A stretch of 64,000 bases of DNA from Candidatus Cloacimonadales bacterium (GCA_963665815.1 OY762463.1:1248001-1312000); one strand, 5' to 3'. Numbered from the stretch's first letter, positions 20,831 to 30,140 are shown. The notes: generated from the letters alone by a model not told the origin. Translations and numbers: made by a program.

Positions 20831-22291
20831 ATGAACATGAAAAATATACTCGTTTTAATACTACTTGTTTCCCTTTCACTTTTGTTCTCTCATGAATTCG
20901 GAGAGCACGGAGGAGTTCGTAATGCAGCAATGGGCGAAACCGGAATTTCTAACAGTACTGACGTTTCAGGTGCTCAATGGAATCCTGCATTAATCAGCAG
21001 CCTGAAACACTATCAGTTTGTCACTGACTTAAGACAATCCTCAGTCCAGTTAGATAATGATGATATTTACCATAACTTCCTTTTCCTCGGAATTCCTGTT
21101 GAGAATATTGGTACTTTCTCTGTCAGTGGAGGTCTTTTCAATTCTGATGAGTATGAGAATGCCGAATTAAGTTTGAATTACGGAAGAAGCCTTGGAGATA
21201 AATGGGCAGTTGGATTAACTGTTGTAAATTACTATGTAAACTACTCAGGAATATCTGAAACATCATCCGCTCTTGATCTTGGTCTGGGTGCACTTTATCA
21301 TCCTACCGAATATTTCACACTTGGTTTATCAACCAGAAATTTGCTTAGACCGGATGTTGCCGTAGACTCACGTAATGAAGACAAATTGCCTATGCTTGCT
21401 GGTTTAGGAGCAACTTTCCATGCTAACAATCTGATAATCACAACTGATTTTGAATATCAGGACATGCTGAATACAGATGATGAAATCAGGCTTGGACTTG
21501 GTGCGGAATACTCCATATATGATAACCTCGCAATTCGAACAGGTTTCAACAATAACTTCTTTACAGCCGGTTTCGGAGTAAAGATGTATACAAAAAACTG
21601 GTTTGCCAATCCTGACAGGACTAACGACCTGTATAACGTAAATACAGCTTCAATATCTCTTGATTATTCTGCAAGGTTCCCCATTTTCTTTAGTGGTGGA
21701 AATGACCTTATAAGCTTTGAAAATGAAGCTGAAACAGAATATGGAGATCACTTTATTGGGATTACGGTTGACTTTGGTACAGACACAGTTAACAAAGATC
21801 AGCTTGCATATTACTTCCCTGAAAAGTATGGAAGAAGATTCGGTGTTGCAGATACTGTTTTCATCGAAAAAGTTGTTAAAGACACAATCTATCAGGACAG
21901 AACAATAATTGATACTGTTGCTGTTTATGAAAAAATTGTGGATCAGGAGCTTTTACAGGAAAGACTGGAAGAACAACTTGAGATTGTAAAAGTAAAAGAA
22001 TATGACAGTATTAACAGAGCATCTGTTGATCACCTTGTTAATGCTTTACGTTACTACTACAATGCTGAATACAAGAAATCAATTGCAGAATGTGAAAAAT
22101 CAATTGATATCGCTCCTAGATTGTCATTGTCATACATTATTCTCGGATCCATATACTATAAAATGGGAGATAGTGAACTTGCATTTGACTACTGGGAAAA
22201 AGCAAAGAAAGTATATTCGAAAAATGAAGAATTAAATAAAGTTTTAGAAAACATTTATAATGGAATTGAAGATTTCATTCCACAATATTAG
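20831..22291 (+). CDS. PorV/UPF0164 (FadL-like) outer-membrane beta-barrel with C-terminal stalk and TPR extension
   Basis: Signal peptide; GVRNAAMGE...WNPA N-terminal motif; amphipathic strands (LDLGLGALY, LGLGAEY, AIRTGF, FTAGFGV, IGITVDF); C-terminal TPR (YIILGSIYYKMGD-x-AFDYWEKA). Confidence 0.78.
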   Translation: MNMKNILVLILLVSLSLLFSHEFGEHGGVRNAAMGETGISNSTDVSGAQWNPALISSLKHYQFVTDLRQSSVQLDNDDIYHNFLFLGIPVENIGTFSVSGGLFNSDEYENAELSLNYGRSLGDKWAVGLTVVNYYVNYSGISETSSALDLGLGALYHPTEYFTLGLSTRNLLRPDVAVDSRNEDKLPMLAGLGATFHANNLIITTDFEYQDMLNTDDEIRLGLGAEYSIYDNLAIRTGFNNNFFTAGFGVKMYTKNWFANPDRTNDLYNVNTASISLDYSARFPIFFSGGNDLISFENEAETEYGDHFIGITVDFGTDTVNKDQLAYYFPEKYGRRFGVADTVFIEKVVKDTIYQDRTIIDTVAVYEKIVDQELLQERLEEQLEIVKVKEYDSINRASVDHLVNALRYYYNAEYKKSIAECEKSIDIAPRLSLSYIILGSIYYKMGDSELAFDYWEKAKKVYSKNEELNKVLENIYNGIEDFIPQY

Positions 22292-22305
22292 AAAAAGGAT
22301 TTAAC

Positions 22306-23691
22306 ATGAAAAGATCATTCATCATCGTTATGTTTTTGTTTTCCTTCGTTGTTCTGCTAGCCCAGAATTACGATACGGTATATCAGATTGATGCTGAAAA
22401 AAGCCTGGCAGAGCGTATCGAAAAGGTTATTGAACCGATTGCCGGTAAAACAGTCGTAATTGTTGATCTTGAATTAAGATATCCGCCAGAGGGACTTGTA
22501 CCGTTCGGAATGGAACTCGATAAAAAATCTAGTCTTCCGGGAATTCCCGTTGCAAAATCCAAGGGTGTTTTAACTCCAAACATTGCAGATCAACCTACAT
22601 TTCCTACGATTGTAACCAAAAAGAAGATCATAATTTATGCAGACCAGAATCTTTCAGCAGACAGGGAAGCATATATTGCAGAAAATGTTGCCAAATGGTT
22701 TGCTCTTAATCTTCTTGAAAACGATGTTTTAGAGATTCGAAAAGAGTTAGATCTTACAGGTAGCTCAAAAGGGAACTTTTTTACTTCCCCTATCTTCTAT
22801 TTCATTATATTCCTGCTATTGTTGATAGTCTTCTTTGTTATTGCCCTGTTCCATGTAAACAGAATGGCAGAATCAATGAGACATGTTAATATTACAGGTA
22901 TCGACAGTCTTATCAGAATTATGAGTTCAATGCAGACAAAATTTGAGACAATGAGTAACGCTGTTTCAGGACTGGACTATTCTTCCAAGGAACCATTACC
23001 TATACAGGTTATGGAAAAACGTGAAGATGTATACGACGAATCTATGGACTTCCACTTCATTGAAAAACTTTCAATGCCGGAATTTGTCCATCTTATAAAA
23101 GATGAAACTGCAGACAGTGCAGCATTTATCTTGTCTAATCTTTCTACGAATTTTGCCAGAAACTTCTTCCAGGAATACCTTGGCAATTCTGCTGAGATAA
23201 TCAAACACATGACAACCTCAGTAAAACAATCCAAGAAAGATGTTCAGGAACTGAGAGCTAAACTCTATGACCGATTCAAACTTATTGTTGAAGAAAGTCA
23301 GGTTAGATTTGAAGGAGCATCAACTCTTATCAAGGTTACTAATTCACTTCCTACCGGATACAGTTCAGACTTCTATAAACTCATCCAGAAAGCTGATGGA
23401 AAAGCAGCATCTGACATCAGAGATAAAGTGTTCCTGCTTGAAGATGTTGAAAAACTGGATGATAATGTAATTGATCAGATAATTAAGCAATCAGATCATA
23501 ACCTGTTAGTCAAATTCCTTCTCAGTGTAGATGAAAGTCTTCTTCAAAAATTCTTCCAGAATATGTCTGAAAGAAATATCCTGATTGTCAAAGAGGATAT
23601 GGAAGTACTTGGACCTCTATCTTCCGATGACAAAGAAAAGACTAAGAACAGCATGTTAGCAATGATCAGATCAATGCTCAAATACAAATAA
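22306..23691 (+). CDS. FliF(ring-building motif)-TM-FliG(middle + C-terminal) fusion protein
   Basis: C-terminus matches FliG_C (VFLLEDVEKLDD...KFFQNMSER...KEDMEVLGP); aa 248-325 resemble FliG_M (FHFIEKL...IKDE...AFILSNL); aa 30-146 resemble FliF RBM3 (ERIEKVIEPIAG-x-VIVDLEL...LPG...IIIYAD...NDVLEI); TM at aa 163-182. Confidence 0.8.
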   Translation: MKRSFIIVMFLFSFVVLLAQNYDTVYQIDAEKSLAERIEKVIEPIAGKTVVIVDLELRYPPEGLVPFGMELDKKSSLPGIPVAKSKGVLTPNIADQPTFPTIVTKKKIIIYADQNLSADREAYIAENVAKWFALNLLENDVLEIRKELDLTGSSKGNFFTSPIFYFIIFLLLLIVFFVIALFHVNRMAESMRHVNITGIDSLIRIMSSMQTKFETMSNAVSGLDYSSKEPLPIQVMEKREDVYDESMDFHFIEKLSMPEFVHLIKDETADSAAFILSNLSTNFARNFFQEYLGNSAEIIKHMTTSVKQSKKDVQELRAKLYDRFKLIVEESQVRFEGASTLIKVTNSLPTGYSSDFYKLIQKADGKAASDIRDKVFLLEDVEKLDDNVIDQIIKQSDHNLLVKFLLSVDESLLQKFFQNMSERNILIVKEDMEVLGPLSSDDKEKTKNSMLAMIRSMLKYK

Positions 23692-23701
23692 GGAAAATGT
23701 T

Positions 23702-24439
23702 ATGAAGATTAGCACAATATTAGGTATCATAATCGGGTTTGGAATAATCTTATATGCAGTATATCTTGAAGACGCAATCCAGTATTTTCTGAATCCTCAG
23801 GCAATATTGATTGTTGGCGTTGGAACATTTGCAGCTGTACTGATTTCATTTTCCTCAAGTGCAATCATAGATGCAATCTTTGCATTCTTCGCTATTTTTA
23901 CAAGCTCAGGACTTTCACCCAAAAAAGTCATTGAGATTATTGTGAATCTCGGAAAAGAAGCAAGAACAAACAGCTATGAAAGCCTTTTACTCAGTAGACA
24001 TGTCAAGAATCTTGGAATGCTTGAAAGAGGAATAAGATTACTAAATGAAGATGTTACATCTGATAAAATTGAAACTATCCTCACCAGAGAAAGTAAAGCA
24101 CTATCAGACAGAAACAGAACGGCTGAAAGAGTCTTCAGACTTGCCAGTACATTCTCACCACTATTTGGTATGATCGGAACTGTTATCGGGATGGTTATAA
24201 TGATTAATAAATCATCCAATCCGGATGATCTTCCCAAAGCAATGGGAATAGCTCTGTTATCCACTCTTTACGGACTTATCCTGTCTGGTCTTGTTTTCAA
24301 ACCTATTGCAAGTAAGATTAGAGATAATAACCATACTAATAACAAAGTTAACGACATTATCATCGAAGGTGTTCTGTCAATTCAGAATGGCGAGAATTCT
24401 CAGCTTACAAAAGAAAAACTTGAAACATATTTACATTAG
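23702..24439 (+). CDS. motA: MotA/PomA-family stator A subunit
   Basis: TILGIIIG, FLNPQAILIVGVGT, KEAR, SPLFGMIGTVIG, MGIALLSTLYG, FKPIASK, IIEGVLSIQNGEN: full flagellar-type MotA/PomA pattern. Confidence 0.92.
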   Translation: MKISTILGIIIGFGIILYAVYLEDAIQYFLNPQAILIVGVGTFAAVLISFSSSAIIDAIFAFFAIFTSSGLSPKKVIEIIVNLGKEARTNSYESLLLSRHVKNLGMLERGIRLLNEDVTSDKIETILTRESKALSDRNRTAERVFRLASTFSPLFGMIGTVIGMVIMINKSSNPDDLPKAMGIALLSTLYGLILSGLVFKPIASKIRDNNHTNNKVNDIIIEGVLSIQNGENSQLTKEKLETYLH

Positions 24440-24447
24440 AGTTTATC

Positions 24448-25032
24448 ATGAGTAATAAAGTAATAAATTTTAAGGGAATTAAAAGATTTACTCAGCAGGA
24501 TACGACTGATGAGGAAAATTGGGTTGATGTAATGGTTTCCTTTGCAAGCCTGATGCTGATTCTTGTTGTATTTTACATGTTCTTTCAATCATATCAAAAA
24601 TTATATGATGAGGGGAAAATTGAAAATGCTGTATATTCTCAAGATTCCACTCGATATGTTTTTACTTTGAAGAATGCCGAATATTTCAAGAGTTACAGCA
24701 GTTCTTTTACCGCAAATGCCGAAACAGATCTGATTCAACTTGGAAAGATGCTTAATTCAAAGATTGAAAATCAAAAAAGAAAATGGCAGATCAGAATTGA
24801 AGGACATACTGATGATATTCCGTTCAGTGACAGTAATTATTCTTCAAACCTGGATCTGAGTGCTGCAAGAGCATCGGCTATTGCGAATTTCTTTATTTCA
24901 AAAGGTTATTTTCATCCGGATCAGCTTCAAGTAGCAGGATATGGAGACTTAAAACCTATGGTACCAAATGTAAGTGATGAGAACAGAATATCAAATAGAA
25001 GAGTAAATATTATTTTGTATAAAGTACATTAA
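24448..25032 (+). CDS. motB: MotB-like stator B subunit with OmpA-type peptidoglycan-binding domain
   Basis: Single N-terminal TM; IRIEGHTDDIP...SNLDLSAARA...GYGDLKP...NRRVNI; directly after motA; canonical TM Asp replaced by Ser. Confidence 0.85.
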   Translation: MSNKVINFKGIKRFTQQDTTDEENWVDVMVSFASLMLILVVFYMFFQSYQKLYDEGKIENAVYSQDSTRYVFTLKNAEYFKSYSSSFTANAETDLIQLGKMLNSKIENQKRKWQIRIEGHTDDIPFSDSNYSSNLDLSAARASAIANFFISKGYFHPDQLQVAGYGDLKPMVPNVSDENRISNRRVNIILYKVH

Positions 25033-25052
25033 TATACAATCTTAAACATATG

Positions 25053-25085
25053 AGACCTGTTGTTTTACAATGGGTCTTTTTTTTT
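25053..25085 (+). terminator. Rho-independent terminator after motB
   Basis: AGACCTGTTGT-TTT-ACAATGGGTCT hairpin followed by a long T run. Confidence 0.8.
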
Positions 25086-25306
25086 CAAAATCCCTTCATC
25101 CCTTTACTGATGTCCATTTTCACTATTAGATGATTAGTCTTCATTAAGAAAACAACCCGACTACTATACTTTCAAATAATACATATCAACAATTGAATAT
25201 TGATTATTGAAATTAATTGTTGACTTACTCTGTATATATATCAATATTATGAACACAGATATTTCATTATAATAGAAATATCAAAACACTAAACAAGGAG
25301 AAAAGT

Positions 25307-28300
25307 ATGCGAAGACAATTAATATTAGCTTTATTGCTTTTATTCGCAGTTTCCATTTTTGCACAGACCTCAGGAGGTCCTGACGCTTACGGATACTCAT
25401 GGATTAACAGTAATGATGCTAATGGTCCTTCTTTCACCTGGATCACTCCGGATACAGTGAACGCAACACAAGTAACTACTTTCACGGACGATTCAATGGT
25501 AGGTCCATTCACAATTGGTTTTAACTTTCCATTTTACGATCAAACAAAGACAGACTTTTATTTAAGTTCAAACGGATTTATTTCCTTTACAGGAGACACA
25601 AACAGTCTCACAAACTACACAATCCCTACACCAGGCATCCCTAATGACTTTATTGCATGGTTCTGGGATGACATGGACCCTGTAAGCACTACAGCCCCAG
25701 CTAACAATGCTCGTGTTTATTACGAAAATATAACTTACAGTGGTACTAACGCGCTTCTAATCACATACCTGAATTATCATGAATACTCAGGAGAAGGAAC
25801 AGGATACGTTGATGCACAAGTTATCCTGAGAGACAATGGTCAAATCATCATGCAATACGATTCATTCAATGGTGGTATTGTTTTAAACGAAGCTACAATT
25901 GGCATCGAAAACTCTGATGGAACTATCGGTCTTGAATACTGCTTTGATGACTCAACATTAATTTCAAATCAACTTGCCATAAAATATTACACAATTGAAG
26001 ATGGCTATCCTGAATTTGCACAAAACCCTAATCCAGCCTCAGGATCAACAGGTATTCTCGTTAATGGAACATTAACATGGGATTTCGGTGCAGATACTGA
26101 TACTTATGATTTATGGTTCGGACCTGCAGGAAATATGACTCAGGTTGTAACCGGTGCCACAGCAGGAGCTACAGGCTCATACACATATAGTGGACTTAAT
26201 ACTCTTTCCAGCTACGAATGGAGAGTCGATACTCATAATACTGCTGTTAGACTTTCTACAATCGGAGCAGTATGGACTTTCGAAACTCAGTGTGGTACAA
26301 TTACTACATTCCCATGGAGTGAAGATTTTGAAGGAGCACAGCTTCCTTCATGCTGGGTAGAAGATATTAATAACATTACTCCATGGTCTTTTGGTACATC
26401 TACTCCATCCTCTCCTACCGGTCCTTCATCTGGAGACCATACAAGTGGTTCAGGATATTTCATGTATACAGAAGCATCTGGAAGCCTCAATCAAGTTTTC
26501 AAAGTGACATCCCCAATATTTGATGCATCTGCTTTAACATCACCAGTTCTTGAATTCTGGTATCATATGTACGGGCAATCAATGGGAACTCTTCAAGTTA
26601 ACATTTTAGAACCGGCTACCGCTACATTACACTCAGATGTTATTACTCCTGTATCAGGAGATCAGGGAGATGTATGGAACAACGCAAGTGTAGATTTAAC
26701 ACCTTACACAGGTGAATTCCAGATTGAATTCATCGGAACAACAGGAGATGACTACTACAGTGACATCTGTATTGATGATGTAGGTATTTATGATAATGTT
26801 ACAACACCTGCATGTAACGCACTGAATACACCGGCTGATATGGCTATTGACATTATTGAAGCTGGAACACTGACTTGGAGTGGATCACAAGGTGCAACAG
26901 GCTATAAAGTTTCTCTTGGTACAGATAACCCTCCAACAAACATCGAAGATGGTCTTGATGTTGGAGCAGCTTTTTCTTATGACTTCTCAGGATTAACTTT
27001 CGGAACAACTTACTACTGGATGGTAACTCCTTACAATACAAACGGTGAATCTACAGGATGTCCTGTAAGATCATTCACTGTAAGAGCTGATCCAACCATA
27101 TCTACTTTCCCATGGACTGAAGATTTCAGCGTATGGCCACTACAAGACTGGGTTTTTGCAGGATCAAGACTGTGGGCAGAAGATTCAGGATCAGGATCTG
27201 CTTACTGTAATTTCTGGGGTTGGAGCGATGGTGAAGCTCATATGGTTACTCCTCCAATAGCCCTCCCTGCTACAGGTTCTTACAGCTTTGGTTTCAACTG
27301 GTCTCACTTATACAGCACTACATATCCTACAGACTCAGCGGCAGTATTAGTTTCTACTGATGGAGTTAACTGGAACATGGAATGGACTCTTGGTGGAACT
27401 AACTTCGATTCAAACGATGGAGCTGCGAACACTGCTCCAGGTACATTTACTTATGCTGAATTCAATCTTGACAGTTATCTTGGACAAACGATATACATTG
27501 ATGTAGTAGGTTACACAGGCTATGGTCCTAACTTCTACGTTGATAATGCTACTGTTTTCAGCGTTTCAACACCTCCTGGATGCTCAACAGCTGATACTCC
27601 TGCTGATGGTGCTAATGAAATTATCGAAATGGGCACACTCAGATGGAATACTACTGGAGGAACAACCGGTTATAAACTCTTCTTTGGGTCAGATAACCCA
27701 CCTACAAACATTGAAAATGGAACAGATCTTGGTAACGTGCAAACTTACGACTTCTCAGGACTTGCATTCAATACTACTTACTACTGGACTGTAGTACCTT
27801 ATAACACTAATGGTGATGCTACAGGATGCCCTGTATGGTCATTCACAACAAGACCTGATCCAACAGTTACTAACTTCCCATGGACAGAAGATTTCTCATC
27901 ATTCCCACTTGAGCCACGTGGCTGGAGCTATGGTGGTACTCAGCAATGGGCTGAAGATGCAGGTTCAGGAAGTATATTCGCAAACTTCTGGAGCTGGAGC
28001 ACTGGTAATGCTGAATTATACTCACCACCAATCGCATTAACAGGAAACGCAGACCTTCTTTTCAAATGGTCACACACATTCAATACTTCATATCCGGATG
28101 ATGCTTTTGAAGTGTCAGTATCAACAGATCAATCAAACTGGACTGTTGTATGGTCAATTCAGGATTCTCTGTTTGAATCTAATGATGGTGCTCAAAGTAC
28201 AGCTCCTGGTACTTTTGTTCAGGAAACCGTAAATATTGATGCATATAGTGGTCAGACAATCTATCTTAAGTTTGATGGTATTTCAGGATACGGTCCTAAC

Positions 28301-30037
28301 CTATACCTTGATGATGTTGGAGTTAATATTACAACACCACCAGACGATGATCTTACAGTTATTACAGTTATTGGTAACACAACTCCAATGGTTGGATCAC
28401 CTTCAGATTATACAATTTCCGTAAGAAATAATGGTCTTAACACACAATCAACTTATGATGTAAAACTTATGCTTGCTCCTGATACCGAACTCGGAACTAT
28501 TGCAGGTACTACAATTGCACATGATCAGATTAATGATTATGTTATCACCTGGATTCCTCAAGCAGGAATGGAAGGAAATCAGAATATCTTCGGTAAAGTT
28601 GTTCTTGCCGGTGACGAAGGTCCTGGTAATGATGCTTCTGCACCACTTCCAGTCAACGTTCAAGCATCACAAACAGGTATTCAGGGCTATGTACGTGACA
28701 TTAACGGCAACCCACTGTTTAACGCTCAAGTACTGATTGAAGAACTCCAGTCTGTTCAATATACAGGTAATAATGGATTCTATCAATTCCTTAATGTTCC
28801 TGTTGAAACATATACAGTAACTGCAAGTTTGACAAATTATGATAACAATACACAAACTAATGTCGTAGTAACTCAGGACAACCTTACTGACGTAAACTTC
28901 ACAATGACTCAGGGTGCAATCCTCATGGGTACTGTTTACGATCATGCTAATGTTGAAGTTGCCGGAGCTCTTGTTGAAATCGAACAACTTGCTATTACAA
29001 CAACAACAGATGCACAAGGTAACTACACATTTGTACAGGTTACACCGGGAACATATACTGTTAATGCAACTAAAGATGGTTATATTGATCAAACTGAATC
29101 TAACGTAGTTATAGCTGCGGATGCAACTGTTGATCTTGATATTATTCTTAACGAATATGGTCATTTCACAGTTAATATAACAACAAACCTCAGTTCACCA
29201 ACCGGTGCAATTGTTGAACTTACTGACGGAACAAACACATATACTGAAACATCAGATGATACCGGTGTTGTTCTTCTCAACGAGGTTCTTCCGGGAACAT
29301 ACAATCTTACAGCTTCACTTCCGGACTGTAACATTCACGAACAACAGAATATTGTTATTGTAAATGGTGACAATACTCCTGTTGATGTTACTCTTGATGA
29401 AATCCTTATTGCTCCAACAAACATTCAATGGCTTAACAATGATCGTATTCTTGTTTGGCAGCATGGTGACAGAATTTATGGAACCAGAGCAGATGGTGAA
29501 ACAGCACTTGTTGAAGGATCATCTTATGTTGAAAGAGATTCTGATAATGAAGAAGACGAACGTGCATTCATGTATTTCAGAGTTGAAATTGATATTATTA
29601 ATCAAACAACATCAGATACATTCTTCACAGTGACAGGATTTAACATTGGAGAACAACTTACTGCTACAATCACAGCAGTATATGAAACAGGTACCGCAGC
29701 AGCTCCAGATTTTGATTTCACATTTGAAGAAGTTGCAAACGATCCTGATGATGTAAATCTTGTTACAGAACTTAAAGGTAACTATCCTAACCCATTCAAT
29801 CCTACTACACACATTGAATTCTCACTTAAGAAAGCCGGAAACGTAGAACTTGCTATCTACAATATCAACGGACAGAAAGTAAGAACACTTGTAAGTGAAG
29901 AAATGGAAGCAGATAACCATAAGGTTACCTGGAATGGTAAAGATGACAGAGGAAACTCAGTTTCAAGTGGAACATATTTCTACAGACTGCAAACCTCTGA
30001 AACAACACAAACTAAGAAAATGCTGATGCTGAAGTAA
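25307..30037 (+). CDS. Large secreted multidomain surface protein (FN3-like, MAM/cleaved-adhesin-like, CARDB-like, carboxypeptidase-regulatory-like repeats) with T9SS type A-like/FlgD-Ig CTD
   Basis: Signal peptide; MAM-like TGPSSGDHTSGSGYFMYTEAS...FWYHMYG...DICIDDV; three GxVxD...T...GxYxF repeats; tail GNYPNPFNPTT...IYNINGQKVRTL...WNGKD...SGTYFYRL...KKMLMLK; RBS AAGGAG. Confidence 0.88.
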   Translation: MRRQLILALLLLFAVSIFAQTSGGPDAYGYSWINSNDANGPSFTWITPDTVNATQVTTFTDDSMVGPFTIGFNFPFYDQTKTDFYLSSNGFISFTGDTNSLTNYTIPTPGIPNDFIAWFWDDMDPVSTTAPANNARVYYENITYSGTNALLITYLNYHEYSGEGTGYVDAQVILRDNGQIIMQYDSFNGGIVLNEATIGIENSDGTIGLEYCFDDSTLISNQLAIKYYTIEDGYPEFAQNPNPASGSTGILVNGTLTWDFGADTDTYDLWFGPAGNMTQVVTGATAGATGSYTYSGLNTLSSYEWRVDTHNTAVRLSTIGAVWTFETQCGTITTFPWSEDFEGAQLPSCWVEDINNITPWSFGTSTPSSPTGPSSGDHTSGSGYFMYTEASGSLNQVFKVTSPIFDASALTSPVLEFWYHMYGQSMGTLQVNILEPATATLHSDVITPVSGDQGDVWNNASVDLTPYTGEFQIEFIGTTGDDYYSDICIDDVGIYDNVTTPACNALNTPADMAIDIIEAGTLTWSGSQGATGYKVSLGTDNPPTNIEDGLDVGAAFSYDFSGLTFGTTYYWMVTPYNTNGESTGCPVRSFTVRADPTISTFPWTEDFSVWPLQDWVFAGSRLWAEDSGSGSAYCNFWGWSDGEAHMVTPPIALPATGSYSFGFNWSHLYSTTYPTDSAAVLVSTDGVNWNMEWTLGGTNFDSNDGAANTAPGTFTYAEFNLDSYLGQTIYIDVVGYTGYGPNFYVDNATVFSVSTPPGCSTADTPADGANEIIEMGTLRWNTTGGTTGYKLFFGSDNPPTNIENGTDLGNVQTYDFSGLAFNTTYYWTVVPYNTNGDATGCPVWSFTTRPDPTVTNFPWTEDFSSFPLEPRGWSYGGTQQWAEDAGSGSIFANFWSWSTGNAELYSPPIALTGNADLLFKWSHTFNTSYPDDAFEVSVSTDQSNWTVVWSIQDSLFESNDGAQSTAPGTFVQETVNIDAYSGQTIYLKFDGISGYGPNLYLDDVGVNITTPPDDDLTVITVIGNTTPMVGSPSDYTISVRNNGLNTQSTYDVKLMLAPDTELGTIAGTTIAHDQINDYVITWIPQAGMEGNQNIFGKVVLAGDEGPGNDASAPLPVNVQASQTGIQGYVRDINGNPLFNAQVLIEELQSVQYTGNNGFYQFLNVPVETYTVTASLTNYDNNTQTNVVVTQDNLTDVNFTMTQGAILMGTVYDHANVEVAGALVEIEQLAITTTTDAQGNYTFVQVTPGTYTVNATKDGYIDQTESNVVIAADATVDLDIILNEYGHFTVNITTNLSSPTGAIVELTDGTNTYTETSDDTGVVLLNEVLPGTYNLTASLPDCNIHEQQNIVIVNGDNTPVDVTLDEILIAPTNIQWLNNDRILVWQHGDRIYGTRADGETALVEGSSYVERDSDNEEDERAFMYFRVEIDIINQTTSDTFFTVTGFNIGEQLTATITAVYETGTAAAPDFDFTFEEVANDPDDVNLVTELKGNYPNPFNPTTHIEFSLKKAGNVELAIYNINGQKVRTLVSEEMEADNHKVTWNGKDDRGNSVSSGTYFYRLQTSETTQTKKMLMLK
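26801..28325 (+). repeat. Internal tandem duplication (2 x about 255 aa) within the 1576-aa surface protein
   Basis: TPAD...GYK...DNPPTNIE-G...YDFSGL-F-TTYYW-V-PYNTNG...GCPV-SFT...FPWTEDFS...GYGPN-Y-D occurs twice (about 26801-27558 and 27567-28325). Confidence 0.85.
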
Positions 30038-30110
30038 TTCAATATCTGCTGCTTTACACCTTCCAAATGGTTTTTAGACCTATGGAGTGGTAGTAAAATA
30101 AATCTCTTCA

Positions 30111-30140
30111 ACAGCCTCTCATTCGAGAGGCTGTTTTTTT
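30111..30140 (+). terminator. Rho-independent terminator
   Basis: ACAGCCTCTC-ATTC-GAGAGGCTGT followed by a T run. Confidence 0.88.

Noticed and set aside
23702-25032. Zorya (ZorAB) anti-phage system, or ExbBD/TolQR
   Set aside because: The A subunit is a 245-aa flagellar-type MotA without ZorA's long tail, the B subunit has an OmpA-like domain (unlike ExbD/TolR), no zorC/D/E is nearby, and a FliG-like gene is adjacent
22306-25032. Ordinary flagellar gene cluster
   Set aside because: No other flagellar genes in the window; the FliF part is truncated and fused, and the FliM-binding motif is missing. The rest of the genome is unseen, so this cannot be fully excluded
28667-29164. Antisense and alternative-frame ORFs in the track (this one and many of 60-150 aa elsewhere)
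   Set aside because: They lie wholly within well-supported genes, lack RBS or motifs, and reflect codon bias of the real strand
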